A stretch of 32,000 bases of DNA from a virus. The notes beneath the pieces were generated by a model. It did no database searches. It was not told the DNA's origin and was given only the letters and a program-made list of their open reading frames with translations. The stretch covers positions 1-32,000 of the IMG/VR virus record IMGVR_UViG_3300045988_148646. One strand, 5' to 3'. Of the stretch, positions 1-7,107 are shown one piece after another. The translations under genes and the position numbers were made by a program. Each line of letters opens with the position of its first letter. The stretch's first letter is position 1.

Positions 1-105
1 AAGTGGCTCTCTTCGTGGATTTAGTGGCTCTGAGCAATGGATTGCATGGCTCTGTCCAAATGGATTGGGTGGCTCTATTTTCGTGAATTGGGTGGCTCCG
101 CCACC
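1..105. repeat. Five phased direct repeats, consensus TGGATTnnGTGGCTCT, 22-23 bp period, in a GC-rich non-coding spacer
   Basis: Copies at 2-10 (cut by the window edge), 16-31, 38-53, 61-76 and 84-99. The last copy runs into a GC hairpin GGTGGC-tcc-GCCACC (91-105). No ORF covers the region. Confidence 0.7.
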
Positions 106-123
106 ATGGAATATTCAATTTTT

Positions 124-891
124 TTATTGAATTTCAATTAAAGGTGTAGCACTTACCCAAATACCACCAATCTTTGCAAGATTTTTTTTCACATTAATTT
201 CATCAACTCTGACTCTATCCACATATACTACCGAATTTGTAGTATGTAACACGTTGTCATTATATCCGTCTGAACCTCGTACTTTCGTGATCATAGACAA
301 CGGAAACCAACCACCTAATTGTGATAAATAGGCACAAGTATCGTTATTAATCTTTTTTAATCCTTGATTACCAATCTTCATTTGTACAGATGTTACATAA
401 GAACCAACGTGTAAAATTTGGTCAATCGCTTCAGTTGGTTGAGGCTTAGGTTTAGATGTTTGAACTGGTTTAGCAGTTGCGAAGCATTTAGGTCTGAAAG
501 CAGTGTCAAACGTAGCACTATAAGGTAGTTTACATAAAGTGAACGCTCCATTCTTTCCACCTTGATTTTGCCCTAAGAACCAACCATATTTACCATCAAT
601 GTCAGAATCGAAGATTGCAATGTGTGAGTATGGTGTCCATCCTGCAACTTCTCTAAATACCGCAATGTCTCCTGGTTGCATAACTGTGACCTCGTTGCAG
701 TAGTTCAAAATTCCATTAGTCTTACGATTATTCCAAATATCCTTAACATATCCACTTGTAGTACAGTGAATCGCCTTATATCCTAAATCAATCATGTACT
801 TCATAGTTCCGTCCCAACATTGAGCGCCATAATAGCCATCAATGTCATAGGCTTTCCCCATTACTTTTTGTTTAAAATCATTATAATTCAT
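124..891 (-). CDS. Endolysin: N-terminal CHAP peptidase/amidase plus C-terminal cell-wall-binding (SH3b-like) domain
   Basis: 255 aa. It has the CHAP catalytic motifs GAQCWD (Cys) and SHIAIF (His). It directly abuts the holin gene and is the last gene of the late operon. Confidence 0.85.
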   Translation of the reverse strand: MNYNDFKQKVMGKAYDIDGYYGAQCWDGTMKYMIDLGYKAIHCTTSGYVKDIWNNRKTNGILNYCNEVTVMQPGDIAVFREVAGWTPYSHIAIFDSDIDGKYGWFLGQNQGGKNGAFTLCKLPYSATFDTAFRPKCFATAKPVQTSKPKPQPTEAIDQILHVGSYVTSVQMKIGNQGLKKINNDTCAYLSQLGGWFPLSMITKVRGSDGYNDNVLHTTNSVVYVDRVRVDEINVKKNLAKIGGIWVSATPLIEIQ

Positions 892-1116
892 TTACTCTTC
901 CTCCGGTACACTAATTTCAGGTAATCCACCAATACTAGTCAATAACGAAACAACGCCTGACAAAAGCGCTGACGAAATTACAACTCGCCAATCAACGGCT
1001 TCCAATAATGCAGATGCTCCAATAACACCAACAGCAGTTTGAGCAATTGTCTTTAATGCTCTGATACTTGCATAATAGCCATATTGAATCCACCATTCTT
1101 TACTATATTTTTTCAT
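892..1116 (-). CDS. Holin (small, two hydrophobic helices, phi LC3-like size class)
   Basis: 74 aa with two predicted TM segments and a charged C-terminus (PEEE). Its stop abuts the endolysin start. A GGAGGT SD lies 8 nt upstream of the ATG. Confidence 0.75.
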   Translation of the reverse strand: MKKYSKEWWIQYGYYASIRALKTIAQTAVGVIGASALLEAVDWRVVISSALLSGVVSLLTSIGGLPEISVPEEE

Positions 1117-1155
1117 TTACAAATACCTCCTATCCTAATGATAGTATTTAAATCG

Positions 1156-1174
1156 TTTGTACACTGTACAAAAT
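1156..1174 (-). promoter_or_regulatory. Candidate late operator/promoter element: 19-mer TTTGTACACTGTACAAAAT containing the perfect palindrome TTGTACA-c-TGTACAA
   Basis: The exact 19-mer recurs at 23699-23717. It sits 41 nt upstream of the holin ATG. A weak -10-like TACTAT (1141-1146, minus strand) lies 10 nt downstream of the palindrome. Confidence 0.55.
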
Positions 1175-1195
1175 AAAAGACCGTATTTAACGGCC
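1171..1195 (-). terminator. Rho-independent terminator after the 157-aa gene
   Basis: On the minus-strand RNA the stem is GGCCGU/ACGGUC (one G.U pair) with a 5-nt loop, followed by UUUUAUUUU. It starts right after the stop codon at 1196-1198. Confidence 0.6.
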
Positions 1196-1669
1196 TTATT
1201 GATACATATTAAACATGTCTCGTATATGTGTCTTAATCATTGTTTTTTCTTCATCTGAATCAACGCATCCATGAATCATAGTTACGATTTGTTGCATACA
1301 TTTCATAGTCTTATCTAATTCACGATGAGACTTTTCCAAATCCATCTCACCTTTTGTACGCTCATATTCTTCTTTGAACGCTTTATATTTTTTCAAATGT
1401 TCTGCAAGCTTATAAACAATATCTTCTGTTTCTGGATCATGAATATTATATCCATCATTATCTTCTTTTAATCTTGCAACAGTTGAAACTCCATCTTTTC
1501 CTATCTCAATCTGATATTTATTTCTCATTGCTTCTATAGTTTCAATGTCTTTGATATTATCTAAAGCTTGAGATAATGCATGGAAATAAGATTCTGCATA
1601 TCCATATTTCTCTAACATGTTTACTGACTCATGCATTATCTTTTCATTAACTTCCATTGCTTTATGCAT
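1196..1669 (-). CDS. Hypothetical helical protein (accessory block)
   Basis: 157-aa ORF in line with its neighbours, with a weak AGGT SD. I recognise no motif. Confidence 0.6.
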   Translation of the reverse strand: MHKAMEVNEKIMHESVNMLEKYGYAESYFHALSQALDNIKDIETIEAMRNKYQIEIGKDGVSTVARLKEDNDGYNIHDPETEDIVYKLAEHLKKYKAFKEEYERTKGEMDLEKSHRELDKTMKCMQQIVTMIHGCVDSDEEKTMIKTHIRDMFNMYQ

Positions 1670-1678
1670 ATTTTTTAC

Positions 1679-2098
1679 CTACGCAATCTTCTTAATAATG
1701 ATGTTTGCATTTTGAACAGATAAATCCAAGCCACTGTTATTTGCTAATGCAATTGTATAAGATGCACCACATGGAACTTGAATTAGAGTGTCTCCACTTA
1801 CATTTCCATACGCACTTGCAGTTGCAACAGTATAAATAGATTGTGTTCCACCAATTGCTTCTCCGTTTAGTTCAAGCACTAAAGAAGCTTGTCCTGCCGC
1901 TGCACTCGTAATATCCGCAGTATAAGTTACTTCATAGATACCTGGCTTTGTTAGTGTAAACAATCCACTTCCTAGATCATGTGCCAACCATCCTTTACAT
2001 GGACACTGACAGGATTTACTTCTTACACGATCTGTAGGAAACAATACATTATTTGAGTTATCGACTGTCTGAACAGCCGTAGCAATACTATTAATCAT
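1679..2098 (-). CDS. Stand-alone BclA C-terminal-domain-like (C1q/TNF-like jelly-roll) protein
   Basis: 139 aa with a strong SD (AGGAGGA). The pattern NVLFP...G.F.L...G.YEV.Y...A....L.LELNG..IGGT... ends in NANIIIKKIA, which resembles the BclA CTD ending SASIIIEKVA. It has no collagen-like GXX repeats. Confidence 0.6.
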   Translation of the reverse strand: MINSIATAVQTVDNSNNVLFPTDRVRSKSCQCPCKGWLAHDLGSGLFTLTKPGIYEVTYTADITSAAAGQASLVLELNGEAIGGTQSIYTVATASAYGNVSGDTLIQVPCGASYTIALANNSGLDLSVQNANIIIKKIA

Positions 2099-2111
2099 TT
2101 CTTTTATCCTC

Positions 2112-2144
2112 CTATTAAAATAGGGATAGCCTTTCGACTATCCC
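2112..2144 (-). terminator. Hairpin/attenuator between the 207-aa gene and the BclA-like gene
   Basis: Stem GGGATAG (2123-2129) pairs with CTATCCC (2138-2144) across an 8-nt loop. The minus-strand RNA continues UAUUUUAAUA. Confidence 0.4.
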
Positions 2145-2185
2145 ATCAAATCCAAAGGCAATTGCCTAATCACATATGTGCTAGA

Positions 2186-2809
2186 TTATAAGTTGTTGTA
2201 GCCATTACATCCACATCCGTTGTTATAAGCGTAATATGGTGAACATGTAATGTAAGCTGGTTTTGGTGTTGGTTGCAAAGTATTAATGATATTTGCTGAT
2301 TGTGCCTGTTGACTTAATTGGAAATTAGCCGTCAATAATTCACGGTCACGATCAGCTAAACGATCACGTAATTCTTGCATAGTGTTTGCATTGATCAACG
2401 CACGTGTTGCTTCACCTTCTGAATGAATTGCTGTTGTAATGTCACAAGTATTTTTGAAACTTTGAGCATTTACATTGTCAATTGCTCGTTGAGTGTTGCA
2501 GCAGCATTCTTGTTGCTGAGCTTGCAAGTTTTGAAGTCCTAACTGATTAGTATAGCGACTTTCTAATACATCACGTTGAGTTTGACAACCTGTTTGAGAT
2601 ACATTTGTGTTTGTGTTAAAAATGTCTCGTTTAATGAATTCTTCATTCAATAAAGAATCATTTGTTAGGTTTCCGTTGCCATATCCTCCATATCCAAATA
2701 ATACGAAGATTAGCAAGATCCAAATCCACCAACCTCCTCCGCCTCCAAAGCCGTCATTTCTTTCAGCTAAGTTGTAAGTTGGTTGAATTCCCATTCCGTT
2801 TTCCATCAT
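2186..2809 (-). CDS. Membrane-anchored Gly/Trp-rich, Cys-rich coiled-coil protein (unknown function)
   Basis: 207 aa. The N-terminus GFGGGGGWWIWILLIFVLFGYGGYGNGN is a single TM flanked by Gly runs. Then come a Q-rich helical region with CCC and single Cys residues, and a C-terminus CSPYYAYNNGCGCNGYNNL. SD is AAGGAGAA. Confidence 0.65.
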   Translation of the reverse strand: MMENGMGIQPTYNLAERNDGFGGGGGWWIWILLIFVLFGYGGYGNGNLTNDSLLNEEFIKRDIFNTNTNVSQTGCQTQRDVLESRYTNQLGLQNLQAQQQECCCNTQRAIDNVNAQSFKNTCDITTAIHSEGEATRALINANTMQELRDRLADRDRELLTANFQLSQQAQSANIINTLQPTPKPAYITCSPYYAYNNGCGCNGYNNL

Positions 2810-2850
2810 ATATGTTCTCCTTTCTTTCTATAATAACGGTTTAGCCGTTG

Positions 2851-3093
2851 TTACCTGATTCCAAATTGTTTTGCCATTTGTTGAAGTTGTTGCTTTTGTT
2901 GTGGATTTAAATTACCCATCATCTGATTTAAAATCATTTGTGGATTCTGGCCACTGTTCATAAGCATTTGAAATTGTTGAAATGCTTGTGGATTTTTCTG
3001 TGACAAAATATTCATTAACATTTGTTGGGGATTTCCCATATTCATCATATTCATTGGATTCATATTACCCATAATACTTTTTAAAGGATTCAT
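2851..3093 (-). CDS. Gln/Asn/Met-rich low-complexity protein with repeated NPQ..M motifs
   Basis: 80 aa. An ATGA start/stop overlap with the upstream gene suggests translational coupling. The sequence is dominated by M, N, Q and P (MNPMNMMNMGNPQQMLMN...NPQMILNQMMGNLNPQQKQQLQQM). Confidence 0.6.
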   Translation of the reverse strand: MNPLKSIMGNMNPMNMMNMGNPQQMLMNILSQKNPQAFQQFQMLMNSGQNPQMILNQMMGNLNPQQKQQLQQMAKQFGIR

Positions 3094-3530
3094 TTTGTCT
3101 GTGCTCCTTTCTTTGATTGCTCATTAGCTTGTTTTGGTGGTTTGCTTAATGCACAGATCAAATCATCTAATTTCTTTTCGATTCCATTTACACGATTTTC
3201 AATACTGTTAGAATTATCTTCCGTGATTTCTTCAAATTTAAATTTTTTAAATGTTCCATCTAAAGATTTCATATAAAAAATAGATTTATTGTTATCAAAT
3301 AAAATCGTTGGTAAATTTGCATTCGCAAAGTTTCTAGCTTCATTCTCATCATTCACCCATTTTCCATTAAAATCAAAATTACCTTGTTGTTGTGGTGTAA
3401 TCTGATTATTAATATTGATAGGTGGAATATTTGCATACTGTTGTACTTGCTGAATTTGTTGATCTATCATTTGTCTTTGCTGCATCAAGCTATCAATTCG
3501 TGCTTGTGCTGGATTATAATTGTTATACAT
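3090..3530 (-). CDS. Hypothetical protein with a Q-rich N-terminus
   Basis: The ORF track starts at GTG 3539. ATG 3530 has the better-spaced SD (AGAGGTGG). The product begins MYNNYNPAQARIDSLMQQRQMIDQQIQQVQQ. Confidence 0.6.
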   Translation of the reverse strand: MYNNYNPAQARIDSLMQQRQMIDQQIQQVQQYANIPPININNQITPQQQGNFDFNGKWVNDENEARNFANANLPTILFDNNKSIFYMKSLDGTFKKFKFEEITEDNSNSIENRVNGIEKKLDDLICALSKPPKQANEQSKKGAQTK

Positions 3531-3600
3531 TTCAACCACCTCTTTACGCTTTAATTATATGGTTACGTAATAAATAATTTAATACTCGAATAATACTCAT

Positions 3601-3642
3601 AAAATACCCAAAATAAAATGAGCAACCATTATAGATTGCTCA
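3601..3642 (-). terminator. Rho-independent terminator overlapping the end of the sigma-region-4 gene
   Basis: Stem TGAGCAA (3619-3625) pairs with TTGCTCA (3636-3642) across a 10-nt loop that contains the stop codon. The minus-strand RNA continues UUUUAUUUUGGGUAUUUU. Confidence 0.6.
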
Positions 3643-3862
3643 CATATTTATCGAACATTTTTCTTGCTTTGCATACTCTGTTCCTTATGGTTTGTACTTC
3701 CATATGTAATGCATCTGCAATTTCTGTGCATGACATATCATACACGTATCTCATAATCAAAACCTGTTCATATTTCTTTCTTAATCCAACAGATTTGATA
3801 AGTATTAATGCATCATTAGGACGTATCTCTTTTAATCTGTCAGCTTTGTTAATATAAACCAC
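3629..3862 (-). CDS. Stand-alone sigma-70 region-4-like HTH protein
   Basis: 77 aa. The segment RKKYEQVLIMRYVYDMSCTEIADALHMEVQTIRNRVCKARKMF matches the region 4.2 pattern (..ILxxRYxxxMSxxEIAxxLxxSxxTVxxRxxxAR). No region 2 is encoded here or in adjacent ORFs. Confidence 0.6.
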   Translation of the reverse strand: MVYINKADRLKEIRPNDALILIKSVGLRKKYEQVLIMRYVYDMSCTEIADALHMEVQTIRNRVCKARKMFDKYVSNL

Positions 3863-3870
3863 CGCCTTAA

Positions 3871-4104
3871 TTAAATTCGTTGGTTTGAATTAGCTTCGCA
3901 AGAACAATTATTCACATGATCATCTTTCCAATAACCACGACAAACAATAGTAGAATAAAGAACAATAATCACTAAAACCAATACTGTAATAATCGTTCTA
4001 CTTGTTTTATAGTTTCGATCAATTAATTTTGAGCAAAAACCATAAATATTATCTACTTTTTCTTCTACATTCTGAAGTTTCTTGTTTGCATCTTTAATAT
4101 CCAT
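3871..4104 (-). CDS. Small single-pass membrane protein with a Cys-containing C-terminal tail
   Basis: 77 aa with an N-terminal amphipathic helix, a TM segment (IITVLVLVIIVLYSTIV) and a tail with CxC. It overlaps the upstream gene by 11 nt. Confidence 0.55.
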   Translation of the reverse strand: MDIKDANKKLQNVEEKVDNIYGFCSKLIDRNYKTSRTIITVLVLVIIVLYSTIVCRGYWKDDHVNNCSCEANSNQRI

Positions 4105-4387
4105 TTTTATTATGATCCTCCAACGCTTTTACACGATTAAACAAAGTAATTATTTGTTGTTTTAGTTCTGAAAGCTCCACTTCCATTGAATTGCTTCCTT
4201 TTTTTATTTCTGAAATTGAATCTTTAATATCACTTAAATCCGATTTAATATGTTCTAATTCATTCTTCAAAAATGCCATATTGGATATTTGCTCTCCATC
4301 CATCTTGCGGGTGCCACGATTATACGTAATAAATGCAATTACAAGCATGCATGCAGAAATAATAACACTAAGATATTCTCCACTCAT
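4094..4387 (-). CDS. Small membrane protein: N-terminal TM plus coiled coil (BhlA/UviB- or XhlA-like architecture)
   Basis: 97 aa. The TM segment is LSVIISACMLVIAFITY, followed by basic residues and then heptad-like LKNELEHIKSDLSDIKDSISEIKK...LSELKQQIITLFNRVKALE. Confidence 0.5.
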   Translation of the reverse strand: MSGEYLSVIISACMLVIAFITYNRGTRKMDGEQISNMAFLKNELEHIKSDLSDIKDSISEIKKGSNSMEVELSELKQQIITLFNRVKALEDHNKNGY

Positions 4388-4453
4388 ATTCGTTTTCCTT
4401 TCAAGTTTTCATTCTATTTAAATATAATAATTCACTAAACCTTATTTATTTAA

Positions 4454-7105
4454 CTATTTAGCATCATTTCTATAAGCGTTTAAATTTCCATCGTAACTGA
4501 TATAGTTCATACGTTTGCCACTTCCATCATCAGCAAAAGGACTACTCCACCAATCTATCTCAATTCTACCACGATAACACCCACGTAATATTTCAGTAAA
4601 TGGTAGTGTTCCTTCTACTGTTTTATCACCAACGATTTCATTTGTTGGAATGTTCCATGTAGTTTCCGTTGAAGTACCAATCATAATAAGCGTTGAGCTT
4701 TGTAGTCTATTAGCATAATCAGCTACAAAATCTTGAGGTTCTGTGATTCCATTCTTTGAAAGCAAACCTAAACGATAGCACGCTTCGATTGAGCAACCAA
4801 TGAAAATATTAGAGTGCTCAAATCTACCATATGTTTTTCTATCACCTAACACAATCGCATTATAATCATGATGTAGTTTAACATCTTCAAAAATAAAGTG
4901 TTCACCATTGCACGCTAAGCCTTTTCCACAGTACCAAATGTTAGAATGTTTTACATAGTTTTGAATACCGTAGTTTGAACCACGACCTACACGAATACCA
5001 CAACATTCTGCATTTGGTGTATTTTCAAAAGTAGCATAATCAAGCAAGTGTTCTTCCCATGATCGAATATTTACACTATCGATCATAGTTGATAAACATC
5101 TAGTTGTGTCAACATATGTGATAGGTTTGTCATATTTAAAACCAATGATATTGAAATTTTTAAAATTAACAGAACAAGCTATACGATCAGCCTCTTTAGA
5201 AATGTCATATCCAGCACCTAGAATAATGTTATTTGTAGAATCATCAAAAGAATTATGTAATTCTTCACTAACAACTAATTTAACACCTTCAAAATCTTGA
5301 GGACTAGTTTTATGCTTTCCACACATTGTGATATATCTTCGTCTACTTGAACCATCATATCCTAGTAAATTTTCATTTAAAGATAAACTGACTTTTGCAT
5401 TATTGCTTGTTTTCCATGCTTTATTAATGTTATAAGTTCCGTCCATTAATTTAATATTAATAGAATTAAAACTACCAACTAAAGCACTTAATACATCTGT
5501 ATCATTTGTACCATCACACACGATATCACTAATCTGCTTGTAGGAATATTTTGAATCTGATGCACTTACAACAATATCATCGTTGTCATGTGGTTTATCA
5601 ATATACCAAATTTTAATACCAGATAAATCCGAAGCAATACTAATAGGATTAGTTTCGTCTTTTGATTTAAAATGAATATGTAAATCATGATTTCCATAAA
5701 TTGAAAAAGGTGTTTCAGTATCAATTCCATCACCATCAACATAATAATGACAAATCATTGTATCTGGGAATGTTACTAAAAATAATCCATTTCCACCAAT
5801 AATTTGTGGTGCTACTCTGTTAGGTACTTTTGTTTCTAGTTGTCCTTCTGGATAGTATGAACCATTTATAAAATTAAGATTAACTTGATTATCTTTATGT
5901 TGTTTTTCTTTTTCAACTTTAAAGTTTAAAATTCCAACTGACTTAGCAACACGAATAAATTTATAGTCTTTATCTGCAACTAAAGTATAACTTCTACTAA
6001 TTTGTGGAATATCTCTCCATAATGTTAAATTAGTTGGTTCTGAACTAGAATAAATGTCTGTGTTATATAATGTGACTGTTGTATTTGCCAATCTATCAAC
6101 ATCAACTGTAACTGTTACAATTTCACCTTTTTTAACATCTATAATATAATATTCATCTTCGGCATACTGTTTCACGTAGTTATTTAAAACGACTGGCTTA
6201 ACAATAGATTGCAAATTATATAGTGCTGTATCATACGTAAATACATTTAAATTTAATGTATCTGTTAGTGAATTTCTAAATACATTCATCTTTGTTGCAT
6301 CTTTTTTAAGATAGAAAATCTTTTTTTCTGAAGTCTGTGATAAATTCAAAATTGTATCAATAATAACATTACTTGAGTCATAAAAAGATATTGAATATTG
6401 ACCGTTTCCATTAAACACTGTATCTAATAAATACATTGTGTTTGCTTTTAAATCAACAACGAATGAATTAATTTCATTCGTTGATAACGTATCAACTTGT
6501 GCAATACTAACTAATCCACTGTTAGCATAGTCCCCTAAAACTTCATTTAGTGAATTAACTTGTGATTGCAAATTATCGTTTTGCTTATTTATCATATTTG
6601 ATAATTCGTTATAGATTTGTGCAATTCTATCTTCTTCCTCACTACTAGGTGTATAAGATTTAATATAAATTCCATCAGGTGTAATTACAGATGCAATTTG
6701 TGTAGACCATCTTTGATCAATTACGCTTGAACTATTTTTAGTCATAACTGCGCTCATCGCAAAATGTAATACTCCTGAATTTTTCAAAGCATCAAATGGT
6801 ACTTTCCATGCAAATTCACAAGTATCATTATTAATTGTTTTGTTAATCGCAATTGACTGACCCTTAACTCCCTTAGAATCAATCCAATTTATATAAACAA
6901 TTGAATCTTGCATTTTTTGAATATCAGATAACTTGTTTCTGATTCTAAATTTAATCAGTTTAGAATTTCCATCATATTGCACTCCGAACAATCTAGATAC
7001 ATTATTAATATTAATAGTATGTGTATCTGTATCAATCGTAAGATATTCGTCATCATAATCATAAGCAACCGCATCAAAGCTTAGTCTTGCTTTCAATCCA
7101 TCCAT
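4454..7105 (-). CDS. Tailspike / receptor-binding protein: BppU-like N-terminal domain, coiled-coil neck, C-terminal beta-helix-like (depolymerase-like) region
   Basis: 883 aa and the last large structural gene. It has a coiled coil EEEDRIAQIYNELSNMINKQNDNLQSQVNSLNEV. The C-terminal third carries repetitive G/N/C-rich short strands (GIRVGRGSNYGIQNY..NIWYCGKGLACNGEHF..) typical of right-handed beta-helices. Confidence 0.65.
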   Translation of the reverse strand: MDGLKARLSFDAVAYDYDDEYLTIDTDTHTININNVSRLFGVQYDGNSKLIKFRIRNKLSDIQKMQDSIVYINWIDSKGVKGQSIAINKTINNDTCEFAWKVPFDALKNSGVLHFAMSAVMTKNSSSVIDQRWSTQIASVITPDGIYIKSYTPSSEEEDRIAQIYNELSNMINKQNDNLQSQVNSLNEVLGDYANSGLVSIAQVDTLSTNEINSFVVDLKANTMYLLDTVFNGNGQYSISFYDSSNVIIDTILNLSQTSEKKIFYLKKDATKMNVFRNSLTDTLNLNVFTYDTALYNLQSIVKPVVLNNYVKQYAEDEYYIIDVKKGEIVTVTVDVDRLANTTVTLYNTDIYSSSEPTNLTLWRDIPQISRSYTLVADKDYKFIRVAKSVGILNFKVEKEKQHKDNQVNLNFINGSYYPEGQLETKVPNRVAPQIIGGNGLFLVTFPDTMICHYYVDGDGIDTETPFSIYGNHDLHIHFKSKDETNPISIASDLSGIKIWYIDKPHDNDDIVVSASDSKYSYKQISDIVCDGTNDTDVLSALVGSFNSINIKLMDGTYNINKAWKTSNNAKVSLSLNENLLGYDGSSRRRYITMCGKHKTSPQDFEGVKLVVSEELHNSFDDSTNNIILGAGYDISKEADRIACSVNFKNFNIIGFKYDKPITYVDTTRCLSTMIDSVNIRSWEEHLLDYATFENTPNAECCGIRVGRGSNYGIQNYVKHSNIWYCGKGLACNGEHFIFEDVKLHHDYNAIVLGDRKTYGRFEHSNIFIGCSIEACYRLGLLSKNGITEPQDFVADYANRLQSSTLIMIGTSTETTWNIPTNEIVGDKTVEGTLPFTEILRGCYRGRIEIDWWSSPFADDGSGKRMNYISYDGNLNAYRNDAK

Positions 7106-7107
7106 TT

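Noticed and set aside
113-133. The AT-only hairpin ATTCAAT-t7-ATTGAAT across the endolysin stop, as a terminator.
   Set aside because: The stem is entirely A:T and there is no U-tract on the minus strand. It is too weak to call.
3555-3583. A possible minus-strand promoter (TTAAAT-17-TATAAT) for the 3530 gene.
   Set aside because: The -35 is poor. The predicted start would leave only about 3 nt before the SD. This is not enough support to call a feature.
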